A stretch of 64,000 nucleotides of DNA from a virus (Duplodnaviria > Caudoviricetes): IMG/VR virus record IMGVR_UViG_2597490183_000004, positions 20,843 through 84,842 of that record; one strand, given 5' to 3'. Made by a program: the position numbers and the translations under genes. Below the pieces are notes generated by a model. That model worked only from the letters and a program-made list of their open reading frames with translations, was not told the DNA's origin and did no database searches. Positions 17,730-26,687 of this stretch are shown piece by piece (the stretch's first letter is position 1; each line of letters opens with the position of its first letter).

Positions 17730-18227
17730 ATGATCGACAACCTCGGCTTCCACACCGACAACGACCTCCACGCCGAACTCGCCGACCTCGACCGCCGCAT
17801 CAGGAACCTCGCCGCCCAGATCGACGGCGGCTACTTCCACAGCCCGGAAGCCGAGTGGAACACCTGGGCCCAGTACCAGAACCTCATGGCCGCCCGCCCC
17901 GAGCTCGCCGCCAAGGTCGCCGAGGCTGACGCCGACACCGACCGGCTCCTCAACGCGATCCGCCTCGTCGGTGACGTCGAGCTCGGGTTCATCGCCTACG
18001 TCATCTACGGGCCCACCGTTCTGTCCGTGCCTCCGCTCCACGAGGTTCGCCTCATCGAGCGCGACGGCGGCTACACCGTCCCCGGAACTATCCGCCGCCG
18101 CGTGCCGGCCGACCAGGTCGCCGAGGTGGAGCGGGAGCTGCTGACCGCGGTCGCGGCCCCGAACGGGCACGCCCGCCTGTGGGGTCGCACGGTCCGCTCC
18201 TACCGCACCCAGGTCACCGCGTACTGA
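17730..18227 (+). CDS. hypothetical protein
   Basis: AGGGGG RBS, strong GC3 bias. Confidence 0.7.
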   Translation: MIDNLGFHTDNDLHAELADLDRRIRNLAAQIDGGYFHSPEAEWNTWAQYQNLMAARPELAAKVAEADADTDRLLNAIRLVGDVELGFIAYVIYGPTVLSVPPLHEVRLIERDGGYTVPGTIRRRVPADQVAEVERELLTAVAAPNGHARLWGRTVRSYRTQVTAY

Positions 18228-18293
18228 ACGGCCGCCCGGCCCCACGGGGCCGGGCCCCACCGCCACCCGCGCAGCGCCACCCGAGGGGGACTC

Positions 18294-18632
18294 GTGATCG
18301 CCAGCAACCGCACCCGCCGCGCCACCTTGAAGGCCCGCCAGACCGCCAACCGGGCCGCCGCACGCATCCGCCGGCGCGGCACCGGCACCCTCGCCGCACA
18401 CGCCATGGCCCAGGGCTTGTCCCACCGCGACGCCACCTCCGTCGCCGGCACCCTCCGGAAGCTCGCCGTCAAGCTCGGGATCATCGGAACCGCAGGACGT
18501 GCCCACGCCGGCCGCCACATGCGGAACTGCTCCCGCTACACCCGCACCCAGGTCGCGGTCATCGCCGCCAACTACAAGGCGCGCAAGCCCGCTTACCGGC
18601 TCGTCGCCGCCAAGCTTGCCCTCGCAGCCTGA
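18294..18632 (+). CDS. basic hypothetical protein
   Basis: GAGGGGG RBS; Arg/Ala-rich. Confidence 0.7.
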   Translation: MIASNRTRRATLKARQTANRAAARIRRRGTGTLAAHAMAQGLSHRDATSVAGTLRKLAVKLGIIGTAGRAHAGRHMRNCSRYTRTQVAVIAANYKARKPAYRLVAAKLALAA

Positions 18633-18734
18633 CCCCCAAGCCGCCCGCCCGTAAGGGCCGGTGTTCGCCCGGAACCCGCCCCCACCCCCAGTGGGGGCGG
18701 GCCCGGTGCCCAACTTCTTCCACGGGAGGCCCTG

Positions 18735-18962
18735 ATGCTGAACCCGATGATCCGCTGGGAGCCCGGCGTCTTGGTCCGCTACCACGGGTCCCTGACCGCA
18801 CTCCACGGCGTGTACGCAGCCCACCGGTGCGACTGCTACCAGCACGACGACCAGACCGGCACCGTCCGCTTCACCTTGAAAGACCAGGACGGCACGGTCG
18901 TGGCGCACTGCGTCCGACCCCGGTCCATCACCCCTGCCCTGTCTCCGGAAGGACCCCGATGA
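18735..18962 (+). CDS. hypothetical protein
   Basis: GGAGG RBS; V.YHGSL...HG pattern. Confidence 0.65.
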   Translation: MLNPMIRWEPGVLVRYHGSLTALHGVYAAHRCDCYQHDDQTGTVRFTLKDQDGTVVAHCVRPRSITPALSPEGPR

Positions 18963-19570
18963 CCCGCCAGACTCCCGCCCCGCTTGTTCACCTCAGCCTG
19001 TCGTCCAGCGACCGGCAGGTCCGCGAGCTGGCCCGCAGCTTCCGTGAGACGTTCGGCCTCGACCTCCAGCCCCCGTACCAGCGCGGCCGGGTCTGGTCGG
19101 ACGACCAGAAGGTCGCCCTGATCCGGTCGTGGCTCACCGGCACCCCCACCGGCGTTGTGATCTTCAACGACCGGGCCACCACCGAGTGGCAGGCGGCCAA
19201 CGGCTACGACCCCACCGAACGCGGCGAGCCGATCTACGCGTGCATCGACGGGCAGCAGCGCATCAGCGCCGCGATCGACTGGTTCGAGGATCAGGTCGCC
19301 GTTCCCGCCTCGTGGTTCGACGCCGACGACGTGATCGCCACCGAGGACACCAACGACGGCCCCTACGTCCGCTGGAGCGGTCTGACCCTGCCCCGGCAGC
19401 GGCACTTCGCGAACCGCGCCCTGCTCACCGTGGCTACCGCCCACGTCGCCACGCTCCAGGAGGAGGCGGCCATCTACCTCCTCGTCAACGGTGGCGGCAC
19501 CCCGCAGACGGACGCAAACATGGGCAACGCCGCCCGGATCGCCGGCCACCGGCCCGAGTCCACCCCGTGA
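18959..19570 (+). CDS. DUF262 (ParB-fold, GmrS-like) protein, stand-alone
   Basis: PPYQRGRVWS, LIRSWL.G.P, IDGQQR, VN.GG motifs. Confidence 0.85.
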   Translation: MTRQTPAPLVHLSLSSSDRQVRELARSFRETFGLDLQPPYQRGRVWSDDQKVALIRSWLTGTPTGVVIFNDRATTEWQAANGYDPTERGEPIYACIDGQQRISAAIDWFEDQVAVPASWFDADDVIATEDTNDGPYVRWSGLTLPRQRHFANRALLTVATAHVATLQEEAAIYLLVNGGGTPQTDANMGNAARIAGHRPESTP

Positions 19571-19683
19571 CCGCGCCGCCTGCCCCGGCCCCGTTGCCGC
19601 CGTGGGAGGACACCGCACGCGAAGTAGCCCGCCGCGACCGCGAATGGTTCGAGCGGGACTATGACAACGACAACGAGGAGTAG
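19567..19683 (+). CDS. very small hypothetical protein
   Basis: GTG coupled to previous stop; ends in GAGGAGTAG junction. Confidence 0.4.
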   Translation: MTAPPAPAPLPPWEDTAREVARRDREWFERDYDNDNEE

Positions 19684-19687
19684 ACCG

Positions 19688-19987
19688 ATGAGCATCCGAC
19701 TCGCAGACCTGGACATCCACTGGACCGGGACCGACGACACCACCCCCGACGGGCACGTCCTCGCCCTCGGCATCGACACCCTCGGGCTCCTCCGGCTCTG
19801 CCTGTACGCAGGAGACACCCCGGCCGACGCCCAGTTCCGGGGCTCGCTCCTGATCCCGCCGGACGGCCACCAGCAGACGTTCCTGCCGACCCGGACGACC
19901 GCCTACGGGCCGGGCGGCGCATGGGTCACCAGCAGCGGTGACCAGACCAGCATGCTTGCCCGACTTGCCAACCTCGACCAGGAGTAG
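19688..19987 (+). CDS. hypothetical protein
   Basis: preceded by GGAGTAGACCG-ATG junction. Confidence 0.7.
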   Translation: MSIRLADLDIHWTGTDDTTPDGHVLALGIDTLGLLRLCLYAGDTPADAQFRGSLLIPPDGHQQTFLPTRTTAYGPGGAWVTSSGDQTSMLARLANLDQE

Positions 19988-19991
19988 ACCG

Positions 19992-20204
19992 ATGGCCACC
20001 AGGAAGCCCCGGAAGCCGTGGCGCGTCATCATCACCGGCCCGGACGTGAAGGCCACCTCCGACCACACCAGCGAAGCCAAGGCCTACGAACTGGTGCGCG
20101 CCGCGCTTGGCGGTGACAGCCCCGCCGAACAGGCCCGCGTCGAGTTCTGGGCGAGCGGTGAGTGGCGGTGGTTCGAGACCGTCAACGCCGACGAAATCCC
20201 CTGA
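19992..20204 (+). CDS. hypothetical protein
   Basis: preceded by GGAGTAGACCG-ATG junction. Confidence 0.7.
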   Translation: MATRKPRKPWRVIITGPDVKATSDHTSEAKAYELVRAALGGDSPAEQARVEFWASGEWRWFETVNADEIP

Positions 20205-20229
20205 CTGCCCCAACGACGAGGAGTAGACC

Positions 20230-20463
20230 ATGCGGACTGCAGACTTCTTTGCCCGGCAGATCACCCAGGAAGAGGAGATCTTCGCCAGCGACGCACGAAG
20301 CGCCGCCGACCTCATGAACCGCATCGCCGACGAACCGAACTCGACAGTGGTCAGCGGCGACATCGCCCGCCTGATCCAGCAGGCCGCTGAACTCCACCGA
20401 CGCGCCGCCAAGATCGCGGCCTGGCGCGAGGCGCACAGTCTCATGAACGCCCCCGCCACCTGA
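20230..20463 (+). CDS. hypothetical protein
   Basis: preceded by GGAGTAGACC-ATG junction. Confidence 0.7.
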   Translation: MRTADFFARQITQEEEIFASDARSAADLMNRIADEPNSTVVSGDIARLIQQAAELHRRAAKIAAWREAHSLMNAPAT

Positions 20464-20516
20464 CCGCTCCTGGGCTGCTGTGTACGGCACGGCGGCCCAC
20501 AACCCGAAGGAGAACC

Positions 20517-20768
20517 ATGCTCGCCGTCTCGGAACGCGTCACCGGCCTCAACGGCGCCCCCGACCAGACCATCTGGCACAAGCCCGTCGGTCGCATCGTC
20601 GACGAGTGGCAGAACATCGCCTGCAGTGCCGAGGAGGGAATCCTCAGCCCCAGGGCCAAGGAAGACGTACCGATCCGCCTGGACCGGGAGAACGAGGCGT
20701 GGTGCCCCGACTGCCTCAACCTCCACCGGCAGCAGCGGCGGGCCACCACCCAGGAGCCCCCGCGATGA
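20517..20768 (+). CDS. hypothetical protein (WCPDC)
   Basis: AAGGAG RBS. Confidence 0.65.
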   Translation: MLAVSERVTGLNGAPDQTIWHKPVGRIVDEWQNIACSAEEGILSPRAKEDVPIRLDRENEAWCPDCLNLHRQQRRATTQEPPR

Positions 20769-20947
20769 TCCAGCCCGGACAGACCCCCGACCCGTGGGGC
20801 CTCAAGTGCACCTGCGAGGCAGGCAACCGCTTCGCCACCCTCCACAACGGGCAGTGCGACCTCTTCCAGAAGTTCCCGCCGCCCAAGGCGCCCACCACCC
20901 GCGACGGGGCACCCCGCCGCACCGGATACGTCCTGGAGGACACGTGA
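20765..20947 (+). CDS. small Cys/His protein
   Basis: ATGA coupling; CTC...H..C. Confidence 0.5.
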   Translation: MIQPGQTPDPWGLKCTCEAGNRFATLHNGQCDLFQKFPPPKAPTTRDGAPRRTGYVLEDT

Positions 20948-21096
20948 GCGAGACCCGCTACGCCACCACGATCACCGTCACCGCCGTCAACCTCACCGAG
21001 TATGAGCTCGACCTCCTGCGCCAGCACATCGAGGACGCAGCCGCCGCCTACAAGGGCGACGTCACCGTCGACAGCCGGGATTACCCCGTCGACTAG
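20944..21096 (+). CDS. small hypothetical protein
   Basis: GGAGG RBS, GTG coupling. Confidence 0.55.
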   Translation: MSETRYATTITVTAVNLTEYELDLLRQHIEDAAAAYKGDVTVDSRDYPVD

Positions 21097-21111
21097 CACC
21101 ACCCCCACCCT

Positions 21112-21140
21112 GGGCCCGCCCTGAACCATCAGGCGGGCCC
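21112..21140. terminator. terminator hairpin
   Basis: GGGCCCGCC-CTGA...TCA-GGCGGGCCC. Confidence 0.65.
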
Positions 21141-21197
21141 GAGGCGTTGTGCCACAGCGGTCGGCGGGAACACTGCAGGAAGACCACGGAGGTGACC

Positions 21198-21362
21198 ATG
21201 CCAGGCCGACGACACACCGGATTCCGCAGCCGAGCTCAGTGGCGCTACTTCTTCGCCAATCCACGGCTCCGCCGATACGCCCGCCAGAAAGCCCACGCCA
21301 CCAAGGGTGGAAAGATCACCCGCTACCGGCGGCTCCCCGCCCGCAAAGGCCGCCGCCGCTAA
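21198..21362 (+). CDS. small highly basic protein
   Basis: GGAGGTG RBS; MPGRRHTGFRSRAQWRYFFA...; Arg/Lys-rich with no acidic residues. Confidence 0.65.
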   Translation: MPGRRHTGFRSRAQWRYFFANPRLRRYARQKAHATKGGKITRYRRLPARKGRRR

Positions 21363-23050
21363 GCCGCCAACGTCGGCCGCGAGCCCCCGCCCACCGGCTC
21401 CTCGTCGAGCTCCTCGCCCTGGCCCTCATCGAAGCCCGGCTCAACATCGTCGTCCGGCTGCTCCTCGTTCGGATCTACGTCGCGAGTGTTGAACGGATCC
21501 CCGGCCGGCGTCTCCTGCGTCTTGTCGTCCCGGATACGCCGCACCTCCTCCATCACCTCGGCGTGATCCCAGGCCGGCTCCCGCATCTTCACCTTCATGT
21601 ACGTGCTGATCGCCCCAGCCGACTCCAGCAGCGACAGGGTGCGCGCGGTGGCCTCCGGGTCCGGCTGTACCGCCTGCGGCCACGACGCCGTCAACTCCGC
21701 CGCCGGGTCCACGCCCTTCGCCCCGCAGTGCTTCACGTCGACCCACATCATCGTCGTCAGCACCTCCAGCAACGCCGGGCGCTGGTAGAGGATCTTCAAG
21801 CCGCGGGTCGTCAGCGACTCCTCCTTGCGGGCCGCGACCTCCGTAGCGGTCACCGCGACCGTGCCCTGCTCGCCGAACGACTGAGCCGAGTAGCCGGCCG
21901 AGGAGAGGATCTGCCGACGCAGCTCCTTCGTCGTCCGCTCGTGCTCCTCGACTCGGATCTTGAACTGGATGTCGGTGATCGAGTCCTTCATCGTCTCCGC
22001 ACCCAGCAACCCGGACAGGGCCACAATCAGTTCCCTGTCCAGGTCGAACGTGCCGCCCGTTCCTGGCCCGTCGGTGTCCAGCATGGACTGCGGCACCACG
22101 ACCTTCGCCTTGCCGAGTCGCAGGTCCCGCATCCACGACGACCACGACTCGTCCAGGGCGTCCATCATCGGCTCGATGCCTGCATAGTCGGAGCGCCCCA
22201 GCGGTGCCGTGTCCGGCACTCCGTCCCAGATTCTGTTGGGCAACACGTTCGGCATGTGCGTGATCAGCAGGCGGTCGACGCCCGTTGCCTGCCGGCCGTG
22301 GTCGTCGGTGCGCTTCACCAAGAACTCGGTCTCGTGATGATCGTCGAACCCCATGAGCATGCCCAGGGTGCTGTTGTCGCCTCGGTACACCCCGTACTCG
22401 ATGGACCCCGGGGTGTGGTACTCCAGCAGCCGCCACACATCCCCGCCCTCCGTGAGCGGCTCCAGCTCCCGCCACACCGTCGCCGCAGCGAGCATGCCCC
22501 ACCGCCACTCCGGCACCACCCCCGTTGCCGGGATGACGTCCAGCCACGGGCGCGTCCGGAGCGACTTGTCCCACACCACCCGCAGGTACACGTTCGACAA
22601 CCCGGCGGCCAGCTCGGCGGCCTCCCGGAACTTTGCGTGTCCCCGGTCATCGAGGTACCGGCCGATCTGCGCCTGCGTCGACTCCGCCGTCGCCTTGTCC
22701 GTGGAGTCCACGTCGACCGTCACCTGCGGCACCTCAGCCCACAGCAGGTTCGCGGACATCTCCGCAATGTCCCCTCCGATCGGCACATGCAACTTCGCCG
22801 CCTGCTGTCCCGGCGACGGATCCTGACCCCAGAACATCCGCAGCTCATCACCGCCCACCGCCCGCCGCCGGTCCAGGTCGAAGAAAGCGCGCGCCACACC
22901 GTTCCGCGTGTACGCGGCCGGCCCGCCGTACACCTGAGCCAAATGCCCGGTGTCACCCGCGTACCAGGCCCGCCACATGTCCATGTCGGCATGCGGAATC
23001 TCCAAGCGAGGCGGCGGCCACGAGGTGTTCCCAGACGGAGGCAGCGGCAT
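21359..23050 (-). CDS. phage portal protein (A118/SPP1 Gp6-like)
   Basis: LHVPIGGDIA, LGRSDY, ALDESWSSWMRDLRLGK, IRVEEH, TATEV; follows TerL. Confidence 0.9.
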   Translation of the reverse strand: MPLPPSGNTSWPPPRLEIPHADMDMWRAWYAGDTGHLAQVYGGPAAYTRNGVARAFFDLDRRRAVGGDELRMFWGQDPSPGQQAAKLHVPIGGDIAEMSANLLWAEVPQVTVDVDSTDKATAESTQAQIGRYLDDRGHAKFREAAELAAGLSNVYLRVVWDKSLRTRPWLDVIPATGVVPEWRWGMLAAATVWRELEPLTEGGDVWRLLEYHTPGSIEYGVYRGDNSTLGMLMGFDDHHETEFLVKRTDDHGRQATGVDRLLITHMPNVLPNRIWDGVPDTAPLGRSDYAGIEPMMDALDESWSSWMRDLRLGKAKVVVPQSMLDTDGPGTGGTFDLDRELIVALSGLLGAETMKDSITDIQFKIRVEEHERTTKELRRQILSSAGYSAQSFGEQGTVAVTATEVAARKEESLTTRGLKILYQRPALLEVLTTMMWVDVKHCGAKGVDPAAELTASWPQAVQPDPEATARTLSLLESAGAISTYMKVKMREPAWDHAEVMEEVRRIRDDKTQETPAGDPFNTRDVDPNEEQPDDDVEPGFDEGQGEELDEEPVGGGSRPTLAA

Positions 23051-23065
23051 GACGAGTCCTTTCGG

Positions 23066-24316
23066 TCAGGCGGCCAGGGCGAGCTGGCGCTGCCACAGGG
23101 CACGAGTAGTGAAGATCGCGTAGCGGAGGGCGTCGACGCCATGGTCGGCAACCTTGATGGGGCGCTCCTCGCCGCGGAGGGCGGCCTTGTCGTCCCAGGA
23201 GTAGCCGCCGATCTCGGTGATGAGGTCCTTGCAGGAGGCGTGCACGAGCAGCCGGTTGGCGGCAAGCAGGGAGGAGACGGTGCGAATGCCGTCCATGACG
23301 TCGTTCTTCGCCGCGGTCGGCGTCATCCGGTCCCGGCGCAACTGGGCGCTGAAGCTTGCCGCGGACGGGTCGACGGTCACGAACTGCGGGCGCACCGGGC
23401 CGATCCCCGGCACGTCCATGAGCCACGCCCGCATCCGCTGCGAGTATTCGGCGTCGGTGAGCTGCTTCTTCGTCTGCCGCGCCTCATACCGCCACTCCGC
23501 GGCGGCGTAGAGCCGGCGGTCCCGGCCGAGGCCGAGGAGCACAGCGTGGAACGGGTTGCTCGTTCCGTAGTCCACACCCAGGCTGATCCACCGGTGGATG
23601 CCCTCGCGGGGCAGGGCGGTGACGATGTGGCGTTGACGGTCCCACGAGTCGTAGATGGCGCCCTCGGCGGCCACCCACTCGCCGAGGATGAACCGGCGGT
23701 AGAACAGACCCTCGTGAGAGGCCTTCATGTCGGCGACGTACTCGGGATCCAAGAAGGGGTTGTCGTCGATCGTGAACGAGAACCGCCTCACCGGCTTCGT
23801 TCCGACGTGGGCCAGCCAGTCCCGCATGAACCAGTGCGCCGGGTTGTCGGGGTTCGTCGTGCAGAACAGCTGGGCGCCGTGCACGGACATGCGGCCGTAG
23901 AGCTGCTCGAAGAAGATCTGCGGCACCAGCGTCACTTCGTCGACGTAGGCCCCGCACACCGTCATACCGCGGATCTTCGGCTCCGACTTGGCATCGTTGG
24001 CGCCGATGACGTGTACAACTCGGCCAAGGATCCTGGCTGTCGGCGCGCCTGGGGTGTAGTGGATGTGGTGGGCGATCTCCCCGAACAGGGCAGGGTCCTG
24101 CATGGGCAGGAACAGGTTCCTATGGATCGTCTGCGACGTCTTGCCGATCATGACGAGTTCACCCGTCGACGGCGCATTCGCCACGAATATCAACCACTTC
24201 AGCAGCGAAGCGATCGTCTTCCCCGACCGAATGGCACCCTCCCAGCACGAGATCTTCGTCGTCGACTCAGCGACCGACCTGATCTGCTTCCGCGACAACG
24301 GGAGGGTGTCCAACAT
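23066..24316 (-). CDS. terL: terminase large subunit (PBSX family)
   Basis: WEGAIRSGKT, AYVDEV, TTNPD, GVDYGTSNP, DPSA, DHGVDALRY. Confidence 0.95.
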   Translation of the reverse strand: MLDTLPLSRKQIRSVAESTTKISCWEGAIRSGKTIASLLKWLIFVANAPSTGELVMIGKTSQTIHRNLFLPMQDPALFGEIAHHIHYTPGAPTARILGRVVHVIGANDAKSEPKIRGMTVCGAYVDEVTLVPQIFFEQLYGRMSVHGAQLFCTTNPDNPAHWFMRDWLAHVGTKPVRRFSFTIDDNPFLDPEYVADMKASHEGLFYRRFILGEWVAAEGAIYDSWDRQRHIVTALPREGIHRWISLGVDYGTSNPFHAVLLGLGRDRRLYAAAEWRYEARQTKKQLTDAEYSQRMRAWLMDVPGIGPVRPQFVTVDPSAASFSAQLRRDRMTPTAAKNDVMDGIRTVSSLLAANRLLVHASCKDLITEIGGYSWDDKAALRGEERPIKVADHGVDALRYAIFTTRALWQRQLALAA

Positions 24317-24319
24317 CGG

Positions 24320-24856
24320 CTACGCCCGGTCCGTGGACTCGGCCTCAGCCTCGGCGTCCTGCTCGTCCATCTCCTGCGAGTACGCAGACAGCAGGGTCCC
24401 CAGATTCCCCAGCATCGACTTCGCCCCGTCCAGGTTCGACGCAGCCTCAGCCGGCGCCAGCTTCAATGACCGGTCCGTCGCCGCACCCGCAGCGGCAACC
24501 AGAGCCCGCCGCTCCGCGGCCGGCGCCTCGTCGAAGGTGTGCTCGGCGAAGGTGTTCATCGACCCGCCGAACGCGTACACCGTCGTCGGCTTGTGAATCC
24601 GGTCCAGGGAATCTTCGGCAACCTCGGTGAACTGGACGGCGAGAAGGCTGCGCCGCTCAGCTAGGTCAGCGAGACGCGCAGTGGTGGCAGCCTGAATTCT
24701 CGACCGGTCGAAGGACACGCCGAGATGCTCTGCGGTACGCGACACGACCGCCGCGGTGAGCCCCATCTTGCGGCAGATCGCGTTGCGGCCGAGCCCTTGC
24801 GTGTGGAGTTCGAGGAACTCCTCGAACTTGTCCTCGCCCATGGTCCCGTGAGGCAT
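24320..24856 (-). CDS. terS: terminase small subunit / HTH protein
   Basis: N-terminal HTH (LHTQGLGRNAICRKMG); immediately upstream of TerL. Confidence 0.7.
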   Translation of the reverse strand: MPHGTMGEDKFEEFLELHTQGLGRNAICRKMGLTAAVVSRTAEHLGVSFDRSRIQAATTARLADLAERRSLLAVQFTEVAEDSLDRIHKPTTVYAFGGSMNTFAEHTFDEAPAAERRALVAAAGAATDRSLKLAPAEAASNLDGAKSMLGNLGTLLSAYSQEMDEQDAEAEAESTDRA

Positions 24857-25725
24857 CAGGCCCTCCGTTCGGTTCGTGCGGCCCGGCGCAGCAGGGCGGG
24901 TAGTGGTGTGCCGTCGACGGGCCAGGTGGGGGAGTAGGGGATGGTCCAGCACCGGCAGTGCGGGTGCAGCGGGGGCCCCAGCGGGGCAGTGGCGAACACG
25001 GTGCGCCGCGGGTCGAGGCTGAGTGCGGCGGGGAACCGTCGGCCGGCGACGACGCTGCGCCCTGCGTAGGCGGCGCAGGCCGGGCATGCCCCGGGTTCGG
25101 CGACCCACAGGAGTCGGGTGGTCGGCCAGATGGTGCGGGCGACCGCGGTGGCGGCGTGTGCGGCGGCGCTGGTGACGGCGACGGCCGCGTGACGGGCGAT
25201 GCGGGTGACGGCACGCCGGGCCCGGTTGAACACCCCGGTGACACCGGCGAATCCGAGGGCGGTGACGCTCGCCGCAGTGAGGAGCGCCAGGGCCCGGTGG
25301 TGCTCTTCCTCAACCGCGGCGGGTACGGCGTCCGCCGTGGCGGCAGCTTCTGGCCCGATGACGGGCTGCACCGGTGGGACGGGTTCCCCGCTCATCGCCG
25401 CGGCGAGCGCGGAGGCCTGCCTGGCGCTGAGCTGGGCCGAGTTGAACGCGGCGATCCGGATGCTGTCTGCGGCGAGCTTGCCTTTGCCGCGGAACGCGTC
25501 GGCGAGCAGCTGCTTGATGGCTGCGATGAGTCGGTCGAGGGCGCCGGGCGCCGGGGAGGCCTGTCGGTCGGTGGCGTGGAGCCACTGCCGGGTCGCTGTT
25601 CGCTGGGCGTCGGCGAGGGCTTGGGCGAGGGGTTGGGCGGCGTCGTGGGCGGCTTGCTGCTCGATGCGGCGGAGTGCGGCGGGGAGTTGCCGTGCCGCGT
25701 CGGCTATCCGGTTGCTACTGACCAC
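24856..25725 (-). CDS. MuF-like minor capsid/head morphogenesis protein
   Basis: WVAEPGACPAC...PPLHPHCRC; start approximate. Confidence 0.75.
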   Translation of the reverse strand: MVSSNRIADAARQLPAALRRIEQQAAHDAAQPLAQALADAQRTATRQWLHATDRQASPAPGALDRLIAAIKQLLADAFRGKGKLAADSIRIAAFNSAQLSARQASALAAAMSGEPVPPVQPVIGPEAAATADAVPAAVEEEHHRALALLTAASVTALGFAGVTGVFNRARRAVTRIARHAAVAVTSAAAHAATAVARTIWPTTRLLWVAEPGACPACAAYAGRSVVAGRRFPAALSLDPRRTVFATAPLGPPLHPHCRCWTIPYSPTWPVDGTPLPALLRRAARTERRA

Positions 25726-25741
25726 CCTCACCACCCCCTTG

Positions 25742-25808
25742 ATCCTTGAATTCAAAGGATATCTTGCGCTATGACCTTTGATTGTGCAGCATTGTGGTGG
25801 GTTCAGGG
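25742..25808. promoter_or_regulatory. divergent late control region with ATTCAAAGG/TGACCTTTGA motifs
   Basis: AT-rich; near-palindrome ATCCTTGAATTCAAAGGAT; same motifs at 46197-46253. Confidence 0.55.
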
Positions 25809-25880
25809 TTAACATCTGGGCTAACACGCAAGCGAACAAGGTGTCGCACCAGCGTGCAGGCCGCCCAAGGAGGCACCGAG

Positions 25881-26678
25881 ATGACGACCCCCGCCCCCGC
25901 AGCACCCGAGGGAACCACGGCAGACCCCGGCACCCAGCCGGCCAACCCGCCCACACCCCCGGCCGCACCAACTGCACCGGCCCAGCCAGAGCCGGCCGCA
26001 CCCACCACCCCCTCCGAGCCGGTCACCGAGCCGAAGCCCAACGAACCCAAGGCCAAGGCGCCCAAGTTCGAAGGTGACTTCGACCCCGAGCGCGCGATGA
26101 AGGCGATCGAGAACCTCCGAACGGAGGTCGACGATCAGAAGAAGAAGCGCGCGGAGGACAAGCAGAAGGCTGCCGACGAGCAGGCCAACTTCATGAAGAG
26201 GCTGGCCGGACTCTTCGGTGTCCAGACCGACGAGGAGAAGCCGCCCACCCCCGAAGAGCTCGCCAAGCAGCTGGCCGAGGAGCAGACCCGGACCAAGGCG
26301 TCCGACGATCGCGCCCGCCAGCGAGAGGTCGAACTCGCCGTCTACAAGATGGCCGGGAAGCACGGCGGCGACCCCGACGCACTGCTCGACTCACGCAACT
26401 TCGCCAAGGCCATCGAGAAGCTCGACCCCACCGCAGACGGGTTCGACGAAGCAGTAGCCAAGGCGGTGAAGACGGCAGTCGACAGCAACTCCAAGCTCGC
26501 GGCCAAGGCGCCGAAGCAGGAGCCGGAGCCCACCCCCGCAGGTGGCGCACCGATGGACAGGGCCGGTGGGAGCAAGAAGCAGCTGGGTGAGGCGGATGTA
26601 TCTCGCATGACTCCCAAGCAGATCAACGAGGCCATGGCCGAAGGGCGGCTCGACCGCTACCTGGGCAGGGCCGGATAA
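25881..26678 (+). CDS. capsid scaffolding protein
   Basis: AAGGAGG RBS; Pro-rich N-terminus, coiled coil, DPDALLDSR.F; upstream of capsid gene. Confidence 0.85.
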   Translation: MTTPAPAAPEGTTADPGTQPANPPTPPAAPTAPAQPEPAAPTTPSEPVTEPKPNEPKAKAPKFEGDFDPERAMKAIENLRTEVDDQKKKRAEDKQKAADEQANFMKRLAGLFGVQTDEEKPPTPEELAKQLAEEQTRTKASDDRARQREVELAVYKMAGKHGGDPDALLDSRNFAKAIEKLDPTADGFDEAVAKAVKTAVDSNSKLAAKAPKQEPEPTPAGGAPMDRAGGSKKQLGEADVSRMTPKQINEAMAEGRLDRYLGRAG

Positions 26679-26687
26679 GGACCCACC

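Noticed and set aside
21149-24469. 1106-aa plus-strand ORF
   Set aside because: Antisense shadow of portal and terminase; Arg/His/Pro-rich low-information translation typical of high-GC DNA
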